A model generated the notes under the pieces. It was not told where the DNA came from and did not search any database. It worked only from the letters and a program-made list of their open reading frames with translations. Shown piece by piece: positions 1 through 9,693 of a stretch of DNA of 64,000 nucleotides (the stretch's first letter is position 1; every line of letters starts with the position of its first letter). Source of the stretch: Candidatus Saccharimonadota bacterium (GTDB lineage Bacteria > Patescibacteriota > Saccharimonadia > Saccharimonadales > Saccharimonadaceae); the NCBI GenBank assembly GCA_017432025.1, contig JAFRJX010000004.1, positions 1,028-65,027 on the forward strand. The letters are read 5' to 3'. The position numbers and the translations under genes were made by a program.

Positions 1-322
1 CATCGACCTCGCCATCGACGGTATCACTTCCTTTACTACTTCACCTCTTAAAGTTGCGACCTATATTGCCATTCCAACTACCATCATGTTTGTCGGTTAC
101 TTCATTTATGCCATCGCTAAGGCTATTATTACCCAGATTCCGGTTCAAGCCTACCAGGCTATTATTCTGCTCATCCTCTTCTTTGCCGCTGTAAACATCA
201 TGCTCTTTGGTATTGTCGGCGAGTATCTCGGTCGCATCTTCAAAGAGTCCAAATCACGCCCACTTTATTTCGTCGATGAATATAACGGCAAGAAAGAAAC
301 CAACGAAAAAGAGAGTAAATAA
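1..322 (+). CDS. GT2 glycosyltransferase, GtrB-like (polyprenol-phosphate glycosyltransferase), 3' part only
   Basis: Frame is open from nt 2: IDLAIDGITSFTTSPLKVA, two TM segments, then GIVGEYLGRIFKESKSRPLYFV, the typical GtrB C-terminus. The 5' end lies outside the window. Confidence 0.85.
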   Translation, partial: IDLAIDGITSFTTSPLKVATYIAIPTTIMFVGYFIYAIAKAIITQIPVQAYQAIILLILFFAAVNIMLFGIVGEYLGRIFKESKSRPLYFVDEYNGKKETNEKESK

Positions 323-323
323 T

Positions 324-1964
324 ATGGAAAGCATCAAATCTCAGCTTGAACAAACTATCAAAGAACTATATAACCTTGATTTTGATGTCGATTTAACTCC
401 TGCGCCAGAGAACATTCCAGCCGATTATTCCACGAACGCTCCGTTAAAACTTGCTAAAGACTTGCATAAAGCTCCAATGGTCATCGCCGAAGAGTTAAAA
501 GGGAAGTTCGATAACGCCGAAGTTTCAGCTCCAGGCTTTCTCAATTTCACTATCATGGGCTCCGAATTAGCCGAGAGAATTAACGCTTTAGGTCATGATT
601 TTAGCGCCCACGTTTCCTCCGGTGAATACGCCGGGAAAACCGTGATTTGTGAGTTTAGCGATCCGAATCCGTTTAAAGTTTTGCATGTTGGGCACCTCTA
701 TACTTCGATCGTTGGCGACGCGATTTCGCGCCTCTTTGAAAACGCTGGCGCCAAGGTCATTCGCGCCAATTTCGGTGGCGATGTTGGTCTTCACGTCGCG
801 AAAACGATGTATGTTTTAAAGCAAAAATCCCTCGAAGAACTCACCATCGACGATATTGCGAGATGCTATGTTGAAGGCACTGCCGTTTATGACGAAGACG
901 AAGCCGCTCATGCCGAAATCACCAATCTAAACAAAGAAATTTATAAGATTAACGCCGAAGATCTTCACGATACCGACACCGCCAAACTCTACTGGCGCGG
1001 TCGTGAACTCTCCTATGATTATTTCAACGATTTCTATAATAAAATCGGCGTCAAATTCGACCGCTATTACCCAGAATCCACCGTCGCCGGCCTCGGCCTA
1101 AGGACTGTGAAAGAACAACTTGAAAAAGGCGTCTATGAATTAAGTGATGGCGCCACTATCTTTAACGGCGAAAAATTTGGTCTTCACACCCGTGTCTTTA
1201 TTAATAAAGAAGGCGTCCCAACCTACGAAGCCAAAGATGTCGGCCTCATCCTCACTAAGTGGCAAGACTATCATTTTGATAAATCTGTCGTGATTACCGG
1301 TAGCGAACAACTCGATTACATGAAAGTCGTTCTTAAATCTATCGAACAATTCGAACCAGAGCTTGTTGCAAAAACTAGCCACCTGACTCATGGTCTCGTC
1401 AAACTCCCGGGCAACGTCAAAATGTCCTCGAGGAAAGGGAACTTCTTAAAGGCTGTCGACGTTCTCGACATGATTAAAGACGAACTAAAAACCGAATATA
1501 ATTCCGAAGACGAAAACGTTATCCTAGCCGCCACAAAATACGCCTTCCTGAAGTATAAAATGGGTGGCGACATCATCTTCGATCCAAAAGAATCCGTCAA
1601 AATGACCGGAAACTCCGGCCCATATCTCCTCTATTCAGCCGTCCGCGCCAAGAAGATTCTGAACAAATCTTCTAGCAAAATTACCCCAATCGAGTCAACC
1701 GATTTTGAGCCAGCCGAAAAGAAGCTCATCAAGAAAATCCTTGAATACAAATCCATCCTAGCCGAAGCTACTGCCGAAATGGCTCCGCACAAAGTCGCGA
1801 ATTACTTATACGAACTCGCCCAAGACTTCTCTCGTTTCTACGAAAATTGCCAAGTGAACGGTTGCGAGAAAGAGTCCGAGCGTCTCACGCTCGTCCGTGT
1901 CTACCTCGCTACGATGACGCATGGTCTAAACATTCTTGGCATTAACATCCCGGAGGAAATGTAA
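324..1964 (+). CDS. argS: Arginine--tRNA ligase
   Basis: FSDPNPFKVLHVGH (HIGH motif), KMSSRKG, GNSGPYLLY and the anticodon-binding C-terminus. Start taken at ATG 324, just after the upstream stop. Confidence 0.97.
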   Translation: MESIKSQLEQTIKELYNLDFDVDLTPAPENIPADYSTNAPLKLAKDLHKAPMVIAEELKGKFDNAEVSAPGFLNFTIMGSELAERINALGHDFSAHVSSGEYAGKTVICEFSDPNPFKVLHVGHLYTSIVGDAISRLFENAGAKVIRANFGGDVGLHVAKTMYVLKQKSLEELTIDDIARCYVEGTAVYDEDEAAHAEITNLNKEIYKINAEDLHDTDTAKLYWRGRELSYDYFNDFYNKIGVKFDRYYPESTVAGLGLRTVKEQLEKGVYELSDGATIFNGEKFGLHTRVFINKEGVPTYEAKDVGLILTKWQDYHFDKSVVITGSEQLDYMKVVLKSIEQFEPELVAKTSHLTHGLVKLPGNVKMSSRKGNFLKAVDVLDMIKDELKTEYNSEDENVILAATKYAFLKYKMGGDIIFDPKESVKMTGNSGPYLLYSAVRAKKILNKSSSKITPIESTDFEPAEKKLIKKILEYKSILAEATAEMAPHKVANYLYELAQDFSRFYENCQVNGCEKESERLTLVRVYLATMTHGLNILGINIPEEM

Positions 1965-2491
1965 TGAAAAAAGCGAAACTATTATGGATTGATCTTGAAA
2001 TGACCGGCCTCGAGCCAGAAAAAGATAAGATTTTAGAAGTCGCCGCTATCGCGACTGACCTCGAACTAAACGAAATCGCAAATCTCGAAGCAGTTGTTAA
2101 AGTCGATGAAGACCTTATGAAATCTCGCATGGTTGGCGAATTTTGGGAAAAGAATAAAACGAGTTACGACGCGCTCTTCGCTCAGAACGCTTCTGGCGAA
2201 CCAGTTAAGGCAGTAGAGAAGAAACTCCTAGATTTCCTCGACCAGAACTTCGGCACCGAAATCTACCTTGCCGGCAACTCCATTCACCAAGATCGCAAAT
2301 TCATCGAGCGCGAAATGCCAGAATTAAATAAGAGGCTCCATTACCGCATGCTCGACGTTTCCGCCTGGAAGATTTATTTTGAAAACGCTCTTGATAAGAA
2401 ATTCACTAAAGCCGATCATCATCGCGCTCTTGACGACATCAAAGGCTCCATTGAAGAATTTAAATGGTATTTATCATTCATCAAGAAGTAG
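1964..2491 (+). CDS. orn: Oligoribonuclease
   Basis: LLWIDLEMTGL, GNSIHQDRKF, HYRMLDVS and HRALDDI DEDDh motifs; coupled to argS by TAATG. Confidence 0.97.
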   Translation: MKKAKLLWIDLEMTGLEPEKDKILEVAAIATDLELNEIANLEAVVKVDEDLMKSRMVGEFWEKNKTSYDALFAQNASGEPVKAVEKKLLDFLDQNFGTEIYLAGNSIHQDRKFIEREMPELNKRLHYRMLDVSAWKIYFENALDKKFTKADHHRALDDIKGSIEEFKWYLSFIKK

Positions 2492-2496
2492 GGAAC

Positions 2497-2775
2497 ATGG
2501 ATATTAAAAACGTCACCGGCATTGGCCCATATGAACAAAAAACTGAAGAACATCGCGAACTCTATTTAAAAGATGACAAAGTTTTTCTTGTGAAAAACAA
2601 GAATACCATCGAAGTCCGCACCGACCGCGAACTCGCCAAACTCCTCGAAGAGAAGTATGAATCTGTTATGGAATCGCGTTACTTTGGCCGTGGCGGCATT
2701 GAAATCGTCCTCGCCGGCCAACTCGACGAAAAAGAACTCGAAGATCTTGTTCGCCTGAGCTATAACCTTAGCTAA
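2497..2775 (+). CDS. MmcQ/YjbR-like small protein
   Basis: 92 aa from ATG 2497. The C-terminal LDEKELEDLVRLSYNL resembles MmcQ/YjbR. Confidence 0.55.
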   Translation: MDIKNVTGIGPYEQKTEEHRELYLKDDKVFLVKNKNTIEVRTDRELAKLLEEKYESVMESRYFGRGGIEIVLAGQLDEKELEDLVRLSYNLS

Positions 2776-2777
2776 TT

Positions 2778-3839
2778 CTAAACAATCCAATCTCTTGCCA
2801 CTGGTATTTTGTGGATTATTGCGGAAACTGAAACCGAAATCATAAAGATAATTACGGCAATTACTGGTATTGCAATAAACGGATTGAATGAGAAAGAATT
2901 AAAGTGTAGGAAGATATCAAATGCATAAAGAACAAACAAATGCACGAGATATGCCCCGAAACTATACTTCGAAATATTCGCAATTAAATGCCCAACCTTT
3001 TCACTTTTAGCTGGTTTGTTCACATGTTTTTTGAAAAATACAAACACGCTGATGCTTTGGAGTAGCACGTTAATTGTAAACGTATCATAGAAAATCGGCA
3101 CCGGAGTATTGCGTTTTATTGAAACAAAAGCGGTCGCAATCATCGTGAATAAAACTGAAGCCGCCCCCAGAATATATAACCACTTTTCTTTTTTACAATC
3201 AATCTTTGCAGTATGTAAGAGATGACCCAGCACAAACAGACCGCTATACGACAGCACAAAATCCAATTTTAAAGCATCTCGCATTGCTTGGAGAATCGAG
3301 CTGATTCCCGGCGATACTAATCCAATCACCTTGATTATTTCCGGTATCAAAAATGCAAAAGCGATCGATAGGGTTACAAAATAAATCGCTAGCTTTCGGT
3401 CCTCGACTAATTTCTGGAGCATTGGGCTAATCATATATAGACCTATAATCATATATACAAACCACAGGTGAACGTGACCAACCAACACCTCCTTCAGAAA
3501 AGCAATATTACTGTCAAAGGCGTGTGCGATATATTTTTGCCATAATGCATAGAGAATCGACCAGAAGAACATTGCAACTAGTAGTCTCAGGATATTTTTC
3601 TGATAGATTCTTTTAATCGGGCGTTTCTTTCCTAGAAACAAAGCGCCACTAATCATCACAAAAATTGGTACACCAAAACGTGCCAAGCTATCGTAAATAT
3701 TGCAAGCCTGCCATTCTGCCGTATTGGTCGGCGTAGTATACCAAAACTGTGAAGCCACGTGTAGCAACATCACCGCAAACATTGCGAGAATTCTAAGATA
3801 ATCAAAATACAGAATTCGAGGCTGCTGCGCTTCCTTCAC
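2778..3839 (-). CDS. Acyltransferase family 3 (OafA-like membrane O-acyltransferase)
   Basis: N-terminal FDYLRILAMFAVMLLH, ARFGVPIFVMISG, HLWFVY, SFGAYLVH; about 10 TM segments. Confidence 0.9.
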   Translation of the reverse strand: MKEAQQPRILYFDYLRILAMFAVMLLHVASQFWYTTPTNTAEWQACNIYDSLARFGVPIFVMISGALFLGKKRPIKRIYQKNILRLLVAMFFWSILYALWQKYIAHAFDSNIAFLKEVLVGHVHLWFVYMIIGLYMISPMLQKLVEDRKLAIYFVTLSIAFAFLIPEIIKVIGLVSPGISSILQAMRDALKLDFVLSYSGLFVLGHLLHTAKIDCKKEKWLYILGAASVLFTMIATAFVSIKRNTPVPIFYDTFTINVLLQSISVFVFFKKHVNKPAKSEKVGHLIANISKYSFGAYLVHLFVLYAFDIFLHFNSFSFNPFIAIPVIAVIIFMISVSVSAIIHKIPVARDWIV

Positions 3840-3842
3840 GAC

Positions 3843-4265
3843 TTACTTCTTTTCTTCTTTAGTTTCTTCTTTAGCGGCTTTCGCATCACGGCGACGGTTC
3901 AAACGGTTCATCGCCTTCACAATCATGAAGATTACCCATGCAACGATGAGGAATTGAATCACATTTTGTAAGAAGTTGCCATATTTAATCACGGCTGCAT
4001 CGCCCGTGCCAAAGAAATTTGGAATGGTGATTGCAAGGTTAGTAAAATCAACGCCACCGGCAATTAACCCTACAATTGGCATCACGATGTCATTGACCAG
4101 GGAATTAACAATTGCAGTAAATGCACCACCTACGGCGACACCTACAGCGAGATCGACGACTGAACCACGGTTGATGAATTCAATAAACTCTTTTTTGAAG
4201 CCGGAACTTTTCTCGTGAACTTCGTGCAATTTTTCTTTTGCCTTTTCAGATTTCTTTTCTGCCAT
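3843..4265 (-). CDS. mscL: Large-conductance mechanosensitive channel
   Basis: [41 protein letters not shown] and [15 protein letters not shown] signatures. Confidence 0.97.
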   Translation of the reverse strand: MAEKKSEKAKEKLHEVHEKSSGFKKEFIEFINRGSVVDLAVGVAVGGAFTAIVNSLVNDIVMPIVGLIAGGVDFTNLAITIPNFFGTGDAAVIKYGNFLQNVIQFLIVAWVIFMIVKAMNRLNRRRDAKAAKEETKEEKK

Positions 4266-4277
4266 TTTGGCTCCTTT

Positions 4278-4892
4278 CTACTTTGCCTCTGAATAATTAT
4301 TAAATAAATCGTAAAGATTTCCCAAACTCTCGTACGGCGAGCCCAGTATCTCCTTCAGATTATTGTCTGAAGAAGCCTTGTCGATGGCTACCATCTCGGC
4401 CTGAATTAAGGAAATCTCGTACGCCATTTTATGAGCAAAAATATCATCGAGTAGTCCGCTGATTTTTGCTTCAAATAACTCATCATGCAAAGTTTGTTGT
4501 GCCTTCTCGGCCTTGGTCTTTGCTTTCTTTGCTTCGGAACCTTTCTTGTAAGAATATTTAGTCGTAATGTAGTCGACCAAGCTAGTATCAAAATTCGAAA
4601 GCACGGTGTTAAGCGATGCTGCGTTTGCTCTTAAGCTCGAATTCTTGATATATGGCTGGAAATTCTTAATCTCCGCCGTCGTGCCATCAGTATGTAGCTT
4701 CAAAGCTACAGCCATATCCTTCACACTCTTCTTGTTGCCAGAGATTACCGCACCAAAAATTGCAATACCGATAATGGCCGCCACTACAATCAGGCCATAT
4801 TTGAAAATCGCAGAAGAAAAGAAACTTGGTTTTGGTGCTTTTGGTGGCCTAACATTATTAGAGATTTGCGAGAGATACTCTTGTTGGTTCAT
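4278..4892 (-). CDS. Hypothetical single-TM, mostly helical protein
   Basis: 204-aa ORF with one N-proximal TM helix; it has its own -10 element 6 nt upstream. Confidence 0.75.
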   Translation of the reverse strand: MNQQEYLSQISNNVRPPKAPKPSFFSSAIFKYGLIVVAAIIGIAIFGAVISGNKKSVKDMAVALKLHTDGTTAEIKNFQPYIKNSSLRANAASLNTVLSNFDTSLVDYITTKYSYKKGSEAKKAKTKAEKAQQTLHDELFEAKISGLLDDIFAHKMAYEISLIQAEMVAIDKASSDNNLKEILGSPYESLGNLYDLFNNYSEAK

Positions 4893-4912
4893 GCTATAAT
4901 TATACCATGAAC
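4887..4912. promoter_or_regulatory. Palindromic bidirectional extended -10 promoter serving two divergent, apparently leaderless genes
   Basis: GTTCATGCTATAATTATACCATGAAC is a 24/26 palindrome. Each strand reads TGnTATAAT-N6-ATG (ATGs at 4907 on + and 4892 on -). Confidence 0.75.
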
Positions 4913-6541
4913 GATGCGAAGGAGGAAATTAAATCTCGGCTTAGCATTGAAGATGTGGTTGGGCGCTATGTGGAGCTGAAACGGGCCGGCCGGAACTTAA
5001 AAGGCCATTCACCTTGGGGAGTAGATAAGACTCCAAGCTTTATGGTTTCACCAGAAAAAGGCATTTGGCATGATTTTTCCGCCAACAAAGGTGGTGATAT
5101 TTTTACCTTCGTCATGGAAGTCGAAGGCATCAGTTTTAAAGAGGCCATGGAGAAACTCGCCGCTGAGGCCGGTGTTGATTTATCCAAATATCGTGGCGGC
5201 GACCCGAACGTCACCAAGCGTAAAGTCCGCGCAAAAGAAGCCCTTGTCCTCGCTACTCGTTTCTACCAAGCCTGCCTAGCTCGCAATCGTGAAGTCTGCG
5301 AATACGTTTTTTATAAACGAAACTTGAACCGCAACACCGTGAAAGAATTTAAAATCGGCTACTCGCCTGCAAGTGGCAAAGCCCTCTACGACGCTCTAAA
5401 AAAGCGTGGCTTCACCGACCAAGAATTAAAAGATGCCGGCCTTCTCAATCAATACGGTAAAGACATGTTTAGAGATCGCATGATGATCCCATTTATCGAC
5501 ACCACCGGCAACATCATTGGCTTCACTGCTCGCATCGTCGGCAAAGGCGAACCAAAATATTTGAACACTCAGGATACCATCCTCTTTAATAAATCCCGCT
5601 TCATCTTTGGTCTTTCTAACGCCAAAGAAGCTATTCGCCACAGTGGTTTTGTCGTCATTGTTGAAGGCAACATGGACGTGATTTCGTCACACCAAGCCGG
5701 CGTCAAAGAAGCCGTTGCGACTTCCGGTACCGCCATGACCGAGCAACAATTAAAAGCCCTTTCAAACCTTACCTCTGATATCCGTCTCGCCTACGACGGT
5801 GATGAAGCTGGTGTGAAAGCCACCGAGCGCGCCATCATGATTGCTGGTGACCTCGGCATCGACCTCACTGTAATTTCAAACTACCACGGCGCCAAAGATC
5901 CAGACGAACTCATCCAAAAGGACCCAACCCTCTGGCAAAATGCCGTCGAAGAACGCGTCCCAGCCGTCGATTGGCTCCTGAGCAAATATGAAGAAAACCT
6001 AAACCTCCGTCTTGCCCCGGACAAGAAGAAGTATTCTGATATCGCTCTGAAACTCTTAAGCTACATCAAAGACGAAATCGAGCGCGCCACTTACGAAGAA
6101 AAAGTTGCCAAAAAACTCGGCGTTGAAGTCACCATTCTTCGTGAAAAAGGGAAGCGCCTCGACGATAAATTAAATCAAACTACTAAATATTTGAAGAAGC
6201 CAAAAACCACTGTCGTCCCAGACTACATCAAAAAGCTCGAAGATAGTCTTCTCGCTCTGAAGCTATTCGGTGGCATCACGAAAATCAAAATTCCGCTCGA
6301 TGTCCCTGAGGACGAAACCAGAATCAGTGAACTTGAACTTATTTTTAACGCCAGCCACGAAAACGTCAAATCCCCAAATTACGAGCAAGAAGCCGCTGAT
6401 TTAATGGCGCGCTACAACGCCGAAATCAGGAAAGATCGCATCAAAGAACTGAACGAAAAACTGGCCGGATTAGACGATTCTTCCGATGAATATTTGAAGG
6501 TCCTGCAAGAGATTACTGACTTGCAAAAATCATCAAACTAG
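4907..6541 (+). CDS. dnaG: DNA primase
   Basis: N-terminal Zn-binding-like domain (SPW...KTPSF, WHDFS...GGDIF), FRDRMMIP, KYLNT, TOPRIM VEGNMDV and AYDGDEAG. Confidence 0.97.
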   Translation: MNDAKEEIKSRLSIEDVVGRYVELKRAGRNLKGHSPWGVDKTPSFMVSPEKGIWHDFSANKGGDIFTFVMEVEGISFKEAMEKLAAEAGVDLSKYRGGDPNVTKRKVRAKEALVLATRFYQACLARNREVCEYVFYKRNLNRNTVKEFKIGYSPASGKALYDALKKRGFTDQELKDAGLLNQYGKDMFRDRMMIPFIDTTGNIIGFTARIVGKGEPKYLNTQDTILFNKSRFIFGLSNAKEAIRHSGFVVIVEGNMDVISSHQAGVKEAVATSGTAMTEQQLKALSNLTSDIRLAYDGDEAGVKATERAIMIAGDLGIDLTVISNYHGAKDPDELIQKDPTLWQNAVEERVPAVDWLLSKYEENLNLRLAPDKKKYSDIALKLLSYIKDEIERATYEEKVAKKLGVEVTILREKGKRLDDKLNQTTKYLKKPKTTVVPDYIKKLEDSLLALKLFGGITKIKIPLDVPEDETRISELELIFNASHENVKSPNYEQEAADLMARYNAEIRKDRIKELNEKLAGLDDSSDEYLKVLQEITDLQKSSN

Positions 6542-6556
6542 TCTATACTTTATTCA

Positions 6557-7531
6557 ATGAATTCTAATAGTGATGATATTTTGAATCCGAGTGATTTAGC
6601 ACTCGACTTTGACGAGCCCGAAACTTCTGACCTTGAAGGTGAAGAAGAGTTTTCTGACGAAGACCTCGCCATTACCGCTGAAAACGTCGACGCTTTTGCC
6701 GACGACTCGGTGCGTCTTTATCTACGTGAGATTGGTAAAATCCCACTTCTCACTCCTGAAGAGGAAGCCGATCTTGCTCAGCGCATCGTCAAAGGTGATA
6801 AAAAAGCCAAAGACAAAATGGTCGAATCCAACATGCGCCTTGTCGTTTCCATCGCCAAGCGTTATGGTGGCCGTGGCCTCGACTTTCTCGATTTAATCCA
6901 AGAGGGAAACACTGGCTTACTCCGCGCCGTCGAAAAATTCGATCCAGAAAAAGGTTTCAAATTCTCAACCTACGCCACTTGGTGGGTGCGTCAAGCTATC
7001 ACGCGCGCTATCGCCGACCAAGCCCGTACTATTCGTATTCCAGTTCACATGGTTGAAACTATTAACAAAGTTCTGCGCACTACCCGTAAGCTTACCTCCG
7101 AATTAAACCGCGAACCGACTAACGAAGAAATTGCTAAAGAGCTCGACATGGAGCCAGAGAAAGTCGACTACGTCATGCGCATTAAGCAGGACATCGCTTC
7201 ACTTGATGCTTCCGTTGGTCGTGAGGGCGATGATGAAGATTCCGTTCTCGGTGATTTCGTCGAAGACGAAGAACGCGATTCGCCAGAAGATTCTGCTGCT
7301 AATCAAATTTTGAAAGAACAACTTTCCGAAATCATTGCTACCCTCACCGATCGTGAGCAAAAGATTATCCGTCTCCGTTTTGGCATTGGCGGTGGTCGTC
7401 CACACACTCTCGAAGAAGTTGGCAATGAGTTTGATGTCACCCGTGAGCGTATTCGTCAAATCGAAGCTAAAGCTTTGTCTAAACTTCGCAAGAATAAAGA
7501 CACCAAAAAACTACACGAATATTTAAAATAG
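6557..7531 (+). CDS. rpoD: RNA polymerase primary sigma-70 factor
   Basis: [42 protein letters not shown] and region 4 TLEEVG...TRERIRQIE; follows dnaG. Confidence 0.98.
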   Translation: MNSNSDDILNPSDLALDFDEPETSDLEGEEEFSDEDLAITAENVDAFADDSVRLYLREIGKIPLLTPEEEADLAQRIVKGDKKAKDKMVESNMRLVVSIAKRYGGRGLDFLDLIQEGNTGLLRAVEKFDPEKGFKFSTYATWWVRQAITRAIADQARTIRIPVHMVETINKVLRTTRKLTSELNREPTNEEIAKELDMEPEKVDYVMRIKQDIASLDASVGREGDDEDSVLGDFVEDEERDSPEDSAANQILKEQLSEIIATLTDREQKIIRLRFGIGGGRPHTLEEVGNEFDVTRERIRQIEAKALSKLRKNKDTKKLHEYLK

Positions 7532-7538
7532 GAGGTAT

Positions 7539-8006
7539 ATGATTAGAAAAATTGCTCTAGCTCTCACCGCACTCGTACTCGGAGTTGCGACTATTGCTAC
7601 GCCGGCTCCAGCCATGGCTAGCGATGGCCCTAGCCAGCACAGCCAGACGACTCACACCACTAGTTCTACCGCCAAAACTGCAATTCTAAAATCTTGCGCC
7701 AATGATAATGGCAGCGGTAGTGGCATCATGTGTCTCTTAAAACAAGGTCTTGAGATTCTTTCTTGGGTAATTGGTGCACTTGGCTTTGCTGCTTTAGTCT
7801 TTGTTGGTTTCCAATATCTCACTGCCGGTGATAATGAAGAGCAGGTCAGAAAATCCAAACGTCGCATCGTTGAAATTGTCGTCGGCGTTGCACTCTTTCT
7901 CCTCGCCAATGTCATTGTCCAATGGCTTACCGGTGATGACCCAACGCAATATTATAATGATCAAGGTAACTCATCTCAGCAAAATAATAACGGTGCAAAT
8001 AGATAA
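7539..8006 (+). CDS. VirB2/TrbC-like pilin precursor
   Basis: Signal peptide (PAPAMA), then two hydrophobic helices joined by GFQYLTAGDNEEQVRKSKRRI, the pattern of the CPR pilin family. Confidence 0.7.
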   Translation: MIRKIALALTALVLGVATIATPAPAMASDGPSQHSQTTHTTSSTAKTAILKSCANDNGSGSGIMCLLKQGLEILSWVIGALGFAALVFVGFQYLTAGDNEEQVRKSKRRIVEIVVGVALFLLANVIVQWLTGDDPTQYYNDQGNSSQQNNNGANR

Positions 8007-8917
8007 TGCGCCGTCTCCTCGTTGTCTATAATCCAAACTCCTCGAATTATGTTCGAGTTAAGAATGAGGTCCTAGAAAAACTCCCGAGTATAAGTGGCTT
8101 TATGATTGGTAAATTTATCATTGAAAAAGCCCCCTTTGAGGACAACGTCAAGCGCCTTAAAAAGGTGCTAGAAGACGGCGACGTCGTCTTATCTGCCGGC
8201 GGCGATGCCACGGCTGCCGTTTCTGCCAACGCTATTTTAGAAAGTGGCAAGGATGTCACCCTTTCCGTTCTTCCATACGGCAACTTCAACGATCTCGCCC
8301 GCACGCTCAGAACCTTTAAGTTCGACGACATTTTGAACTCTGGCTTCAAATCCACCAACTTCTATCCGCTTGATGTCATTGTCGATGGCAAACATTGGCG
8401 CTACGCCTGTTGCTACGTCACGATTGGCATGACCGCCGAGGCCGTCGAACTCTTCGACAACCAAAAGATTCGTAAAAAACTCCAAAAAGGACACAAGAGT
8501 TCCTGGCGTTCCTATATTTATCTCGTCACCTGGTACTTCAAGAACCGTCGCAAAAAAGTTTTTATTCCAGAATTCAAATTGAACGGTGAACTCCAACACA
8601 AGAAAACTTCCGACTACGCCGCCGTGAACGGCCGCTCGATGTCCCGCGTTATGAAAGGTGGTGACGATTTCTTAAAACCAGAAATCTTCCGAAGCGAAAC
8701 TGATCGCCTCGCCACCAATTTCTGGCGTCTTACTAAACTCATGACTAAATCGGTCCTGTCGCGCGTTCCAGGCAAAGACACTAAAGGCGACACTCTCGAA
8801 TTTGTAAAACCTGCTACTGTCTCACTTCAAGCCGAAGGCGAGTATAAAACCTTCGAAAATGCCAATAAAATTGAAATTAGGAAACCATCCAAATGCCTGA
8901 AAGTCATTCTAAACTAG
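8006..8917 (+). CDS. Diacylglycerol kinase catalytic-domain family protein
   Basis: VVYNPNS, SAGGDAT (GGDGT-like), PYGNFNDLARTL, C-terminal QAEGE. Confidence 0.8.
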   Translation: MRRLLVVYNPNSSNYVRVKNEVLEKLPSISGFMIGKFIIEKAPFEDNVKRLKKVLEDGDVVLSAGGDATAAVSANAILESGKDVTLSVLPYGNFNDLARTLRTFKFDDILNSGFKSTNFYPLDVIVDGKHWRYACCYVTIGMTAEAVELFDNQKIRKKLQKGHKSSWRSYIYLVTWYFKNRRKKVFIPEFKLNGELQHKKTSDYAAVNGRSMSRVMKGGDDFLKPEIFRSETDRLATNFWRLTKLMTKSVLSRVPGKDTKGDTLEFVKPATVSLQAEGEYKTFENANKIEIRKPSKCLKVILN

Positions 8918-9693
8918 AACAAATTGTTGCTTACATGAAGTCTCACTGGCCAAGCCAGGTAAAAGAAGAGTGGCAAGTTTCAATCGAAGAATACCCAAAA
9001 ATCCTCCCACAAGTTTTAAAAGACCTCACCGAAGGCAAAACCAAAGGTAAAAATCTAATTCGTATTGCCGGCCTTTCTGGCTCTGGTAAAACCACCCAGC
9101 TTCTTCCGGCTACCGAAGCATTTTTTGAGAATAGGGAATTAAAGCCGGTTCTCGTCGCCGCTCGCGTCTTTGTTGAATATCATCCGCATCACGACGAAAT
9201 CAAGGAATTCTATGGCGAAGAAAACCTTCGTAAAATGACCGACGAGTTCTCGACCATTATGTTGTTCCTAGCCATTACCGAACTGATTAAAAACGGCTAC
9301 GACATTATCTTAGATGTTACTCTTCTCGACCCAGCCATGGAACACATCCTTCAAGAAATGCTCACCGCCGCCGGCTACAACCAAATCATCTTAATGATTG
9401 CAATTTCGCCAACTGTAACCGAGAAGTTCTTAAGTGGCCGTGCTTGGCGCCACACCAAAGAAACCGAAGCCGAATTTATCCGCGCTACCAAAAAATCCAT
9501 CGTTTATTATGCCGAAAACCATCCGGACACTCACATTATTCTCTGGAGCGTTTACGATAAACCGCCAATCTTTGACGGCAAGATTAAAGACTGTCTCGAT
9601 ATCTTCGAAGATTATTCGAATCGCACCGAACTCCCGAAAAAAGACGACGACGAACGTCGCGAAGCTAAGATCAATTATCTAAAATCTCTATAA
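8893..9693 (+). CDS. Zeta-toxin-like P-loop kinase
   Basis: Walker A GLSGSGKT followed by ARVFVEYHPHHDE, similar to the zeta toxin D-x-x-R-x-x-HP segment. Confidence 0.65.
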   Translation: MPESHSKLEQIVAYMKSHWPSQVKEEWQVSIEEYPKILPQVLKDLTEGKTKGKNLIRIAGLSGSGKTTQLLPATEAFFENRELKPVLVAARVFVEYHPHHDEIKEFYGEENLRKMTDEFSTIMLFLAITELIKNGYDIILDVTLLDPAMEHILQEMLTAAGYNQIILMIAISPTVTEKFLSGRAWRHTKETEAEFIRATKKSIVYYAENHPDTHIILWSVYDKPPIFDGKIKDCLDIFEDYSNRTELPKKDDDERREAKINYLKSL

